A DNA stretch of 39,691 nucleotides from the NCBI GenBank assembly GCA_038826015.1, contig JAWBOR010000002.1:1-39691 (forward strand). Direction: 5' to 3'. Source of the DNA: Candidatus Bathyarchaeia archaeon (lineage in GTDB: Archaea > Thermoproteota > Bathyarchaeia > Bathyarchaeales > DTEX01). Shown here piece by piece: positions 27,885 through 36,905 of this stretch; positions within the stretch are counted from its first letter, which is position 1; every line of letters begins with the position of its first letter. The notes under the pieces were generated by a model. It did no database searches, was not told where the DNA came from, and was given only the letters and a program-made list of their open reading frames with translations. Position numbers and translations under genes: made by a program.

Positions 27885-28049
27885 CTTTCGACACCAGCGT
27901 TAAAAAAGAGCGATTTTAGTTATAGTAGTGACTTACATATAATTTGTCATATTTTCTATCTTTCTTTGCACTTCTGGCATAACCAATCATAACACACAGT
28001 CTATTTCCAACTTTTATTAATTCTAAAAGATAAAAACTTATTTACGTTA

Positions 28050-28064
28050 TTACGTTTTTCGCAA
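28050..28064. promoter_or_regulatory. Second LysM-type site upstream of the regulator gene (probable autoregulation)
   Basis: TTACG-TTTTT-CGCAA has the same 15-bp architecture as 27017-27031. It lies just upstream of TTATTTAT, which is about 30 nt before the ATG. Confidence 0.5.
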
Positions 28065-28099
28065 AAATTATTTATTTTTATGTAAAGATAATCACGTCC

Positions 28100-28492
28100 A
28101 TGGATGATATTGATTTAAAAATTCTGAAGATTCTGAAAGAAGATGCTAGAACGAAATATGTTGATATTGCGAAGTCCGTTGGCTTAACCGAGGGAGCTGT
28201 CAGAAGAAGAGTAAAAAGACTCATGCACAATGAAACAATTAAGAGATTTACCATTGAGACAACAGCTGAATTCGAAGGCATTGTTCTCATTGAGACTGAG
28301 ACAACAAGAACAAAAGATGTAACTATGAAAATTAGGAAAATTGCGACCCGTGTCTTCGAAGTTTCTGGAGATTATGATATAGCCGCGTTAATTCAAGCCT
28401 ATACAATTGAAGAATTGAACAGCAAAATCGATGAAATAAGAAAGCTGCATGGAGTTCAAAACACGAGAACCTTAATAAAACTTAAGGATTAA
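28100..28492 (+). CDS. Lrp/AsnC-family regulator, LysM-like
   Basis: N-terminal HTH (DDIDLKILKILKEDART.Y..IAK.VGLTEGAVRRRV..L....IKRFTI) and RAM domain (VFEVSGDYDI...IDEIR...GV..T.T). Resembles crenarchaeal LysM. Confidence 0.9.
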   Translation: MDDIDLKILKILKEDARTKYVDIAKSVGLTEGAVRRRVKRLMHNETIKRFTIETTAEFEGIVLIETETTRTKDVTMKIRKIATRVFEVSGDYDIAALIQAYTIEELNSKIDEIRKLHGVQNTRTLIKLKD

Positions 28493-28500
28493 GAATAAAA

Positions 28501-29361
28501 TTAAAGGGATTTTAAAGCCTTGTAAATTTTGTCGTAAGCCTCAGCGAAGTCTTTATCCTTAGATAGTGAATTTTGTACATTCAGATAGAATTTTATGAAG
28601 TTTTCAGAGTCTTTTCTGTCTATATATCCCTTCAGAATTTCAGCCTTCGACATGAATTTCTCTAAGTATCGACTTGTGTACTTGTTTTTTATCTGAATCG
28701 AAGCATACAACAAAGAATTCTCTGTCATCACACCTTCGCTTAATATTGACTGTAAAGTAAAGGTTGTGCCTCCAAGCTTCTTTATAATGTCCATCTTTTC
28801 CTCACTTATCACGGAAGCAAAAACTATATTCACGAAATGGCATAAAGAAAGCGTTAATGCCATCACTCTATCATGTTCTTCAGCGTCTACAACTATTATT
28901 TCAGCATCTGGAAACAAATTCTTCGTCATTTTTACTTCTAGAACGGGTTCAGCTACAGGAATCACAGCGATTTTTTCGTTCTTAAAATTTTCAGCACCTG
29001 GACCGAAGAGGGGGTGAACACAGAGTGTCTTCACCTTTCGTTTAGCTACTTCTTTTAATACAGAAATTGCTTGAGACTTAAGTGAAGAAATCTCCATGAC
29101 TGTGGAAGACTCTTTTAGTTTCACAGCTATTTCATTCAAAACTTTTGGTACAGTTTCCAATGGTGTAGAAATTATAGATAGATCTGCATCGCTTACCGCT
29201 TCTCCATTGTCTTCAGCAAGTTTAGCTCCTGTTTTCCCAGCGACGAGCTTCGCCTGTTTTCTGTTGATGTCTGAAAATATTACTTCATGCCCCATGCCGA
29301 GAAAATATTTCACAAACATGCTTCCCATCTTTCCAGCTCCGCCAACAATCGCCACTTTCAA
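28501..29361 (-). CDS. tyrA: Prephenate/arogenate dehydrogenase
   Basis: Motifs VAIVGGAGKMG, EISSLK, HPLFGP, EEHD..MA.TL.L.H and GTTF. Confidence 0.92.
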   Translation of the reverse strand: MKVAIVGGAGKMGSMFVKYFLGMGHEVIFSDINRKQAKLVAGKTGAKLAEDNGEAVSDADLSIISTPLETVPKVLNEIAVKLKESSTVMEISSLKSQAISVLKEVAKRKVKTLCVHPLFGPGAENFKNEKIAVIPVAEPVLEVKMTKNLFPDAEIIVVDAEEHDRVMALTLSLCHFVNIVFASVISEEKMDIIKKLGGTTFTLQSILSEGVMTENSLLYASIQIKNKYTSRYLEKFMSKAEILKGYIDRKDSENFIKFYLNVQNSLSKDKDFAEAYDKIYKALKSL

Positions 29362-29382
29362 AATTTCATGGCCTCCAAAGCC

Positions 29383-29715
29383 CTATTTTTGAGATTTTAA
29401 TCTGATTAAATCTCTTTGAACTCGTTTTGACTCGTCAAGAATTAACTCCAAAAGCTTAAGACAGAAGCTTTCATCCATGCCATATCGACGGCACACTTCA
29501 AAGGATTTGTTTTTCAATTCTTCCTCAACTTTCAAGTTTTCTATAGGTATATTCTCTTGATATTTTATTCTAGCTATTTCTTTAGCCAGCAGAAGCCTTT
29601 TCCCGCATAAATGGATGATCCTTAAAGTTATCCTGTTGATCTTTTTTCTCAACTCTTCCAAATCCTTTTTTTCAGCCAAAGCAAACCCGTCCTCATCGAA
29701 AATTTGAACAGTCAA
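29383..29715 (-). CDS. Chorismate mutase (AroQ class, stand-alone)
   Basis: LEELRKKI, KR..LAKEIA.IK, PI....EE and ESK..Q match AroQ catalytic Arg, Arg, Lys, Glu, Ser and Gln. Directly upstream of tyrA. Confidence 0.85.
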   Translation of the reverse strand: MTVQIFDEDGFALAEKKDLEELRKKINRITLRIIHLCGKRLLLAKEIARIKYQENIPIENLKVEEELKNKSFEVCRRYGMDESFCLKLLELILDESKRVQRDLIRLKSQK

Positions 29716-29773
29716 AATTCTATAAGTTGCCTCAATTTATAAACGTAAAATTTCAGATGAATGCGTCAAAAAT

Positions 29774-30448
29774 TTATTCAATTTTTGATTCGTTTTTAAC
29801 AAGGTCGATTATGTCTTTTATGTTATCGATAATTTGACAGTTATATTTGAATGACGGCCCAGAATTCTGTCTTCGATTTCTTAGAAGGACAAATTTAAGC
29901 CCGGCTGCTCTTGCACATTCTGCATCCAACCAATGGTCGCCGAGAAGCAAAGATTCTTTAACGGATGTATCTAATAATCTCAAAAGAAAAAGAGCATGTT
30001 CAGGGTTTGGTTTTGGTTCACTTACGTCGTCTCTAGCTGCAATAGCGTCTACATATTTGTCTATTCCAAACTTTGCAAGTATTGTTTCAGCATACCTTCG
30101 ACAGCTATTCGTTATAATTCCAATCTTCAGATTTTTTTCTTTCAAAGTTTTCAGAGTTTTTGGGACACCGGTTATCAATGTAGCTTCATCTAAGGATTCT
30201 AGCTCAATCCGGTTCATTATGTCGGTAACTTTGGCAAGGATTCTTTGAATTTCTTCTTCCGAAAAGTTTTTTGTATGTAAATTGTTCACCGCAATTTTTA
30301 TGATCTCAAAGTTCAGCATACTGTCATTCAGTAATTTAGGCGCAACCCCTATTTTCTGCAGAAACCCGATAATCTCCGACTTCATCTTCTTGAAATCAAT
30401 TTTTGAATCGATCAATGTGCCATCAAGATCAAAGATAACAGCCCTCAA
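29774..30448 (-). CDS. HAD-superfamily phosphatase (subfamily IA, Gph-like)
   Basis: Motifs IFDLDGTL, ITNS, KPNP and GD...D. Confidence 0.9.
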   Translation of the reverse strand: MRAVIFDLDGTLIDSKIDFKKMKSEIIGFLQKIGVAPKLLNDSMLNFEIIKIAVNNLHTKNFSEEEIQRILAKVTDIMNRIELESLDEATLITGVPKTLKTLKEKNLKIGIITNSCRRYAETILAKFGIDKYVDAIAARDDVSEPKPNPEHALFLLRLLDTSVKESLLLGDHWLDAECARAAGLKFVLLRNRRQNSGPSFKYNCQIIDNIKDIIDLVKNESKIE

Positions 30449-30697
30449 AGAAAACTCAACCCGAACGCGCTTTTCTATGTGAAAACCCGAAAATATAAAA
30501 GTTTAGTACACACGCATTAATTAATCCCATATCCAGTTGTCTCCCTACCTGAGATGCATTTTCTATGACTTGAGCACTTGTTTCATAAATCCCCATTTGA
30601 ACCGTTTGCTTCGTGTTTTATATATCCCTCAATAAGAAAACATTTAAGAGATGAGAAGTGTAATAGATTTTTCGTAACGAGCTAGGAAAGCGAACAA

Positions 30698-30982
30698 ATG
30701 AGCGAAGATAAAATTATTGCGTTTATCAAAAGCATTGCAGAGGCTTTGAGAACAGGAAGAGAAGAATATTTAAGAGCTTACAAAGAAGCACTGATTAAAT
30801 CTTCGAACACAAGAACGGACACAGAGATCATGGAACAAAAGAGAGACATCTCAGATGATTATTTACTGATCGAAACCGCAAAGAAAATAGGCATCGACAC
30901 AGAAGGCAAAACCAAAGAAGAAATTTCAAGAGCAATTATTGAAAAGTTCCAAGTGCAAGGTAGCTCAAACAAAACAGTTTGA
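30698..30982 (+). CDS. Hypothetical protein (94 aa) with helix-extension-helix-like C-terminus
   Basis: Typical codon composition and a purine-rich RBS. The C-terminal LLIETAKKIGIDTEGKTKEEISRAI resembles small HeH/SAP/Rho-N-like modules. Confidence 0.65.
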   Translation: MSEDKIIAFIKSIAEALRTGREEYLRAYKEALIKSSNTRTDTEIMEQKRDISDDYLLIETAKKIGIDTEGKTKEEISRAIIEKFQVQGSSNKTV

Positions 30983-31153
30983 TTTATCGGTTATCTCCAT
31001 TGGATAATAGACAAATTTTGAATATGTTTTTAGTATGTGTATAAAAGTTTAGAAATGGAAAAGTTCGAGTTTCATGAAAACTGATAGATTCTCTGATCGC
31101 TAACAGTTAGCCAATAGATGACTTGAGAAAAAGATGAAGAATGATTTTGCAAC

Positions 31154-31852
31154 TTAAGACTGATATTGAGCCAAAATCATAGCGTGATCTTTGTCGTAAG
31201 GTTCAAGATTGATAACCTCCGATATCTCGAATCCATTTTCTTCGAGAACACGGGTTTCCTGATCATAAATTTCTGATGGTTTTTTGGTAACATCTATGCT
31301 CCGAGATTTTATCGCCAGCATTATCCATCCGCCTTTTTTAAGAAAGACCCTCGCATTGTTCACGAGAATCCGTGCTTGTTCAGGTTGTGCAATGTCACAG
31401 TATATGTCATCAACTTTGTTGACAAACGCCACATATTTCTCTGGAAATCTTGCATCAGCCAAGATAGGCGACATATTCAAGCGGAACCTGCAGACATTGT
31501 CTATGAGTTCCCTTATGGAACGAGGTGCAAACTCTACACAGAACACATGGCCTTCTTCTTTTACGATATCAGAAATATGACTTGCAGTTGTCCCAGAAGC
31601 TGCTCCTAAATACAAGACTTTGTGACCGGGCTTAATTGGGAGATGCCTTAATCCTTTAAATATTGCACCTGCCAGCTTGCTTCTGTAAGGGTCCCAAAGT
31701 CTATATTCTGAGTCTCCGTGTTTAATTAATCGTTCACCATAAACGTTTCTGCCGGGCGCCAAGTTTTCAGTTGCAATTTTCTGTGTTCCATCTTCCAGCT
31801 TAACATGATAAACGCCTTCAAAACTTATGTGGGGTTCAATCTTTACGTCCAT
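31154..31852 (-). CDS. flpA: Fibrillarin-like rRNA/tRNA 2'-O-methyltransferase
   Basis: Motifs VYGERL, EYR.WDP.RSKL, VLYLGAASGTT.SH.SD, VEF.PR, PILADAR, D.AQP.Q, KSRSID and LEPYDKDH. Confidence 0.97.
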   Translation of the reverse strand: MDVKIEPHISFEGVYHVKLEDGTQKIATENLAPGRNVYGERLIKHGDSEYRLWDPYRSKLAGAIFKGLRHLPIKPGHKVLYLGAASGTTASHISDIVKEEGHVFCVEFAPRSIRELIDNVCRFRLNMSPILADARFPEKYVAFVNKVDDIYCDIAQPEQARILVNNARVFLKKGGWIMLAIKSRSIDVTKKPSEIYDQETRVLEENGFEISEVINLEPYDKDHAMILAQYQS

Positions 31853-33077
31853 GTTTCCTCCTTCTCTTTAATTCCTGAAATTCTTTGAATTTTTTCTTCG
31901 ATCTTTTTTCTGAAGGTTTTGGTTTAGACTCGGGATACTTTTTCTCAATCTCTTCAATTCTTTTTTGAAGGTCTTCCTTTAATTTATCACCCACATAATT
32001 GCCGCTGAAGGCATCGGTTCGCACAGCTATTGTGAGCTTGCCTGCAAGAGCCCGCGCGATTTTCCCTCTAAGCCAACGTTTAGCTTCACGAATGAGAATA
32101 TGCTGGAAGATTATTCCATGTTTAGGCGGTCGAGCGCCAGTTGTAAGTGATCTGAAAAGGGCTTTTTCAGCGCCTAATACTTGTATTGTGCTGGCAGGCA
32201 TCTTCGCTAGGTTATTTAATCCTCCAGCGATCCCTATTAATCTCGCTCCTAAGGCTGATCCAATTAGGGCACGGATATTCGGAGCAACTTCCGCCATTAG
32301 GTCATCAACATACTTCTCAAGTTTATCCCTAGTTTCATACAGCTGCAATGTATCTATACACATTGCTTGAATCTGCTCAATATCAGATTCGTGAAGACTA
32401 GCACCCATTGATGCCTTTGCAATATTAGCAACCTGCGAAGCCTTATTCTTAGGTAAACCTGCCTTCTCAAGGTTTTCCGTGGTGAAATTCTCTCTTTCGC
32501 CTAGGTCTCGTAGAAGCCTCGCGTAAGTTTCATGTTTCTCTATGAGACGGTCTAACTCTGGGAAATGCAACCCATACCATTCGCGTATCCTTCCCATAAA
32601 AAGGTTTAATGTTTTATCCACATCATCTACTGCTTGAATCGCCTGCACAATCAAGAGGTCTCTTTTTTCCGTTGCCTTCCTGACCTTTATTCTAGAGAGC
32701 TCCATTGAAACATTGTGAATCCAATATGTCATCTCTGAAGGCTCTTTGACAAAACCCGTTTCGACAGCGATTTTCCCAAGGTTTTCACGCGCCTCTTCGC
32801 TAATTTTTGAGGACGTCGCGACTTCCACATCTATGCCTAACTCTTCTTTGACCTTTTGCGACAGACTGGGGCTCTCAAATACAAAGGAAGAGTAACCTTT
32901 CTTTCTTAATTTCTTGATTAATGCGATGATTTCGGGAACAACTTTGCCCGATTCGGTTTCCATAAGTTTTTCAGCTGTCTTAACAGCATCTTTTTGGAAA
33001 AGTTCCTTTTCTATGAGGTTGCCGTCTTCTCTGAAAGCTAATATTCCTATCATAGAGACGATGATTGTTGCCTTCAA
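31836..33077 (-). CDS. nop5: C/D box sRNP scaffold Nop5 (Nop56/58)
   Basis: Motifs RIREWYGLHFPEL, SMG, APN...L.G..LGARLI..AG, LAKMPASTIQVLGAEKALFR, PPKHGIIFQ and RGKIAR.LA.K, plus a basic tail. Confidence 0.97.
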   Translation of the reverse strand: MKATIIVSMIGILAFREDGNLIEKELFQKDAVKTAEKLMETESGKVVPEIIALIKKLRKKGYSSFVFESPSLSQKVKEELGIDVEVATSSKISEEARENLGKIAVETGFVKEPSEMTYWIHNVSMELSRIKVRKATEKRDLLIVQAIQAVDDVDKTLNLFMGRIREWYGLHFPELDRLIEKHETYARLLRDLGERENFTTENLEKAGLPKNKASQVANIAKASMGASLHESDIEQIQAMCIDTLQLYETRDKLEKYVDDLMAEVAPNIRALIGSALGARLIGIAGGLNNLAKMPASTIQVLGAEKALFRSLTTGARPPKHGIIFQHILIREAKRWLRGKIARALAGKLTIAVRTDAFSGNYVGDKLKEDLQKRIEEIEKKYPESKPKPSEKRSKKKFKEFQELKRRRKHGRKD

Positions 33078-33201
33078 AACCTTTCACCACAACTTCCTAC
33101 CTTTAATCTTCCACCTGACAAAATAACCTTTTCCATTCAACACTATTTCTTAATAGGCGATAAATCTTAAAGGTTAATATAGCGAAACAGATGAAAACCT
33201 T

Positions 33202-34131
33202 TTGATAACCATGCGTGAATCAGATAGGCTTAGAATCCAAATAAGCAGGTTAAATCTTCGCAATCCAACAATGCTTGCATCTGGGATACTAGGATTATCA
33301 GCTAAAATTATGAGGGAAGTGGCCAACGCTGGAGCCGGGGCAATCGTAACAAAATCGATCGGGCTGAAACCCCGAGAAGGATACCCGAATCCAACCGTGA
33401 TCCAGATTGAATGCGGTTTTCTCAACGCTGTTGGACTTGCAAACCCTGGCATCCACAAATTCGCTGAGGAAATTCGCGAGATGAATGACCTAGGGGTTCC
33501 TTTGATCGTAAGCATCTATGGTTTTTCCCCTGAAGAATACGTCGAAGTTGCTGGAATAGCAATTGAATCCGGTGCGGATGCTGTTGAGTTGAACCTTTCC
33601 TGTCCGCATGTTAAGGGCGCGGGAGCCGAGATAGGGCAAGACTCTGAGTTGGCAATGAAGGTTGTGGGTAAAGTGAAAGAAAGGGTGAATAGACCAGTCT
33701 TTGTTAAGTTGTCGCCAAACGTTACGGATATAACAGAGTTGGCTAAAGCCGCTGTTTCCGCGGGAGCTGATGCCATCACAGCTGTCAACACTTTTAGGGC
33801 AATGTCCATAGACATCGAGACACATAGACCTATACTGGCAAACAAAATAGGAGGGTTATCAGGCGCGGCGGTTAAACCGATAGCTGTCAGATGCGTCTAT
33901 GAGATTTATGAGGCTGTTGATGTGCCTGTAATCGGCTGTGGCGGAATTAAAACGTGGAGAGACGCTGTGGAGTTTATGTTGGCCGGTGCCTCCGCTGTTC
34001 AGATTGGCTCAGCCATAGCTATTGAAGATTTAGTCATTTTCAAGTCCGTTGCTGAAGGGATAGCCTCATATCTTGAAAAGAAAGGATTTGGAAACGTGAA
34101 GGAAATTGTCGGACTGGCTCATGAATGTTAA
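33202..34131 (+). CDS. pyrD: Dihydroorotate dehydrogenase B, catalytic subunit
   Basis: Motifs NPTMLASG, VTKS, G.PNP, NAVGL.NPG, ELNLSCPH, KLSPNV, NT, GGLSG...KP and GASAVQIG. Alternative start at ATG 33211. Confidence 0.96.
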   Translation: MITMRESDRLRIQISRLNLRNPTMLASGILGLSAKIMREVANAGAGAIVTKSIGLKPREGYPNPTVIQIECGFLNAVGLANPGIHKFAEEIREMNDLGVPLIVSIYGFSPEEYVEVAGIAIESGADAVELNLSCPHVKGAGAEIGQDSELAMKVVGKVKERVNRPVFVKLSPNVTDITELAKAAVSAGADAITAVNTFRAMSIDIETHRPILANKIGGLSGAAVKPIAVRCVYEIYEAVDVPVIGCGGIKTWRDAVEFMLAGASAVQIGSAIAIEDLVIFKSVAEGIASYLEKKGFGNVKEIVGLAHEC

Positions 34132-34933
34132 CCGAATGAGAACTGTGAAGATCCAAAGCGTTAAAACTGAAAACATTCGAGTTAAAACTTTCTTTTTTGA
34201 AGACGAGTTATGCTCCTCAGCTGAACCTGGGCAATTCGTTATGGTTTGGATACCGGGCGTAGATGAGATCCCCTTAAGCCTTTCTTCAATAGGCGGAGAC
34301 GGTTTTTCTTCAATAACTGTAGCTGAAGTGGGAGAAGCAACTAGGGCATTGAACAAGATGGCTGTGGGCGACGTTATCGGGATCAGAGGTCCTTTCGGTA
34401 ACCATTTCAAGATAGTCGGCAGAGAAGCCCTAGTTATCGGCGGAGGCACAGGTATGGCTCCACTTATAGGTTTGATAAGAAAGCTTCTAGCTGGAGAAGT
34501 GAAGACAACGGTTGTTGATGGAGCTGAAACTCGAAGCGAACTTCTATTTTTAGAACAATTAACAAATCTATCGGCTAAGCTTGGCCTAAAGGCTATTTTC
34601 ACAACTGAAGATGGCAGTTCCGGAATTAAAGGTGTCGCAACAGAGGCTGTTGAAAAGCTTCTTTCGTCCAGAAAGTTTGATATGGTATACGCTTGTGGCC
34701 CTGAAAAGATGATCAGTAAAGTTTATTTTTTGGCTAAAAAATATGGAGTTTCGCTTCAGACATGTCTGGAACGTCTTATGCGTTGTGCGGTCGGAATCTG
34801 CGGTAGCTGCGTTATAGGAAAATACCGAGTCTGCAAAGATGGGCCAGTCTTCGATCAGACGCAGTTAGTGAACCTTGAAGATGAGCTAGGTAAATTTAAA
34901 TATGGTTTTAGCGGCGAAAAGGTGTCTATCTAA
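34121..34933 (+). CDS. pyrK: Dihydroorotate dehydrogenase electron-transfer subunit
   Basis: Motifs PGQFVMVWIPG.DEIPLS, GIRGPFG, GGG.G.APL, ACGPE.M and ER.M.C..G.CGSC......VC.DGPVF ([2Fe-2S]). ATG 34121 overlaps the pyrD end. Confidence 0.95.
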   Translation: MNVNRMRTVKIQSVKTENIRVKTFFFEDELCSSAEPGQFVMVWIPGVDEIPLSLSSIGGDGFSSITVAEVGEATRALNKMAVGDVIGIRGPFGNHFKIVGREALVIGGGTGMAPLIGLIRKLLAGEVKTTVVDGAETRSELLFLEQLTNLSAKLGLKAIFTTEDGSSGIKGVATEAVEKLLSSRKFDMVYACGPEKMISKVYFLAKKYGVSLQTCLERLMRCAVGICGSCVIGKYRVCKDGPVFDQTQLVNLEDELGKFKYGFSGEKVSI

Positions 34934-34954
34934 AAGTAGAGGTGATTTAACAGG

Positions 34955-35431
34955 GTGACCATGATTAACGAAAATAGCTTGGAAGAATTTCTTAGAAGAA
35001 ATGGGATTTGGCATAGGTTCATCATTAAGCCAGAAACAATTCATACAGCTGACGCTGCGAAAGTTGCTGGAATCGAACTTTCAAGGTTGACGAAGAATTT
35101 GGTTTCAGTAACCGACTTAGGCGAATTTGTGATGCTTATTGTGCCAGGTGACCGGAAGGTGGATTTGGAAGCTGCTGCTAAGGTGCTTAACGTTCGCCAT
35201 CTTCGTCTTGTTTCTTTTGATAAAGCTGAAAGCATAAGTGGTTATCCTCCGGGTGGAACGCCTTCGATTGGACACAAAAATGAGATGAAATATGTAATCG
35301 ATAAATCTCTTATTAGTCATGAAACAATTTACTGCGGTGGAGGAGCCCGAGACAGACTTCTGGAACTGAAAACATCAGACGTCATAAAAATCAACAAGGC
35401 AATAGTTGCTGACATCTCGCGAATCATCTAA
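34955..35431 (+). CDS. YbaK/ProX-family aminoacyl-tRNA deacylase
   Basis: Motifs T..DAA, LTK.L, PGDRKVD, SGY.PGG.P..G and IYCGGG. Confidence 0.9.
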   Translation: MTMINENSLEEFLRRNGIWHRFIIKPETIHTADAAKVAGIELSRLTKNLVSVTDLGEFVMLIVPGDRKVDLEAAAKVLNVRHLRLVSFDKAESISGYPPGGTPSIGHKNEMKYVIDKSLISHETIYCGGGARDRLLELKTSDVIKINKAIVADISRII

Positions 35432-35462
35432 ATATAAATTATTTCTATTATTGAGGGAAGAA

Positions 35463-36509
35463 ATGAAAAATATGAAGGCTGTTGTCAAGTATGCTCGTGG
35501 CGTAGGAAATGTCGAACTCAGAGATGTGCCTGAGCCCTTTCCTGGACCAGATGAGGTGAAGATTGAGGTTAAGGCTGCGGGGATCTGCGGTTCAGACCTT
35601 CACATTTACAATGAAGACATAAGACTTTTGATAAAGCCGCCTGTTGTCATGGGACATGAATTCAGCGGAGTAGTCACCGAGGTCGGTTCCTCAGTGTCTA
35701 GGTGGAAGCCGGGTGACAGGGTTACCAGCGAGACGTCTCGTGAAACTTGCGGCGAATGCATTTCTTGCCGAACAGGAAACTATAATGTCTGCGCCGATAA
35801 ACATTTAATTGGTTATTGGTTCAATGGAGCTTTTGCCAAATACATCGTTGTTCCCAGTCGTCTTGTGCATGAGCTTCCTGATAACGTCAGTTTTCTATCT
35901 GGTGCCCTTTGTGAGCCTTTGGCTTGCTGTGTTAACGGTGTTCTTGATAAAACTGTTATCTTGCCTAGAGATGTTGTGGTTATAGCTGGACCTGGAACCA
36001 TCGGTCTGTTGAGTCTTCAGCTTGCCAAATCTGTGGGAGCTTACGTGGTTTTATGTGGCACTAGAATAGATGAGGAGAGGCTGAAGCTCGGACAGAAGCT
36101 AGGAGCAGATATCATAGTCAATGTTCAAGAAGAAGACCCTTGGAAAGTTGTCTCTGGACTGACGAATGGCGAGGGAGCCGATGTATTCCTAGAATGCTCT
36201 GGTTCAGCTGCAGCTGTCCGTATGGGTCTTCAATTAACCCGTCGAGGCGGATATTACGCACAGATTGGTTTGACAGGTCATGCTTTTGAATTGGATTTTG
36301 ACACAATAGCTTACAAGGAGCTTACTGTGAGAGGCAGCTTAGGGCAGAGATGGATTTTTTGGAGGCGAAGCTTAAGGTTGTTATCCACAGGACAAGTTAA
36401 GACCGAGCCTTTAATCTCTGATGTTCTGCCGCTTTCGCAATGGGAAATGGGCTTCAAAAAAATGAAGAACAAAGAAGGCTTAAAAATAATTCTTGAACCT
36501 GAGGAATAG
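35463..36509 (+). CDS. Zn-dependent MDR dehydrogenase (sorbitol/threonine dehydrogenase-like)
   Basis: Motifs GICGSDLH, GHEFSG, structural Zn site CGECISCRTG..NVC, EP.AC and GPGTIG. Start at ATG 35463 or 35472 after GAGGG, not 35406. Confidence 0.92.
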   Translation: MKNMKAVVKYARGVGNVELRDVPEPFPGPDEVKIEVKAAGICGSDLHIYNEDIRLLIKPPVVMGHEFSGVVTEVGSSVSRWKPGDRVTSETSRETCGECISCRTGNYNVCADKHLIGYWFNGAFAKYIVVPSRLVHELPDNVSFLSGALCEPLACCVNGVLDKTVILPRDVVVIAGPGTIGLLSLQLAKSVGAYVVLCGTRIDEERLKLGQKLGADIIVNVQEEDPWKVVSGLTNGEGADVFLECSGSAAAVRMGLQLTRRGGYYAQIGLTGHAFELDFDTIAYKELTVRGSLGQRWIFWRRSLRLLSTGQVKTEPLISDVLPLSQWEMGFKKMKNKEGLKIILEPEE

Positions 36510-36566
36510 TTTAACTTTGGTTGGGGTCTTGCGACATAAACGGATAAGGTTCTTTTTCTTTGCTGA

Positions 36567-36603
36567 TTTGTGTAACAAAGTTTTTCACGTTTTGTGTAAC
36601 AAA
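36567..36603. repeat. Tandem exact 13-bp palindromic repeat (operator-like)
   Basis: TTTGTGTAACAAA occurs at 36567-36579 and 36591-36603 (24-bp period). Each copy has the form TTTGT-N3-ACAAA. Confidence 0.65.
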
Positions 36604-36905
36604 CGACAAAATAACTGAAATGATTTAACCGGTTGAACAAGCATTTCGAGTCACATCTCAGATTCCAATAATATAACGGAGAAAAAACATACTGTTGACA
36701 CTTTGATTTGTGAAGGGACTCTTTTGTTCTTCTAAGTTTCTTCGAGGTGAAAGAGAATATGATTCCCAGACTTCCTAATGTTAGTTGTTGTTTTGTGTGA
36801 TATCTCTCTATATCTCTATCTATGTCAAAGCAGATAAGAGCGAGAAAAAGTCTAATTTTTAAGTCCTCTACTTTTCATATCTTCCAGTTTAATTGTTCTC
36901 TCTTT

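Noticed and set aside
30663-30677. LysM-type site upstream of the 94-aa hypothetical gene
   Set aside because: Only the right half-site (TTCGTAA) matches, which is expected by chance in AT-rich DNA.
30983-31153. C/D box sRNA next to fibrillarin/nop5, and palindrome GCTAAC-A-GTTAGC (31099-31111)
   Set aside because: CTGA boxes are present but no properly placed RTGATGA C box exists on either strand. The lone palindrome has no second copy or context.
35463-36509. Zn-dependent dehydrogenase as part of the B6/tetronate pathway
   Set aside because: MDR specificity cannot be read from motifs. The gene follows pyrD-pyrK-ybaK and has no positional link to the pdx genes.
36567-36603. Direct repeats as a mini-CRISPR
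   Set aside because: There are only two 13-bp units with an 11-bp spacer, far below CRISPR dimensions, and no cas genes.
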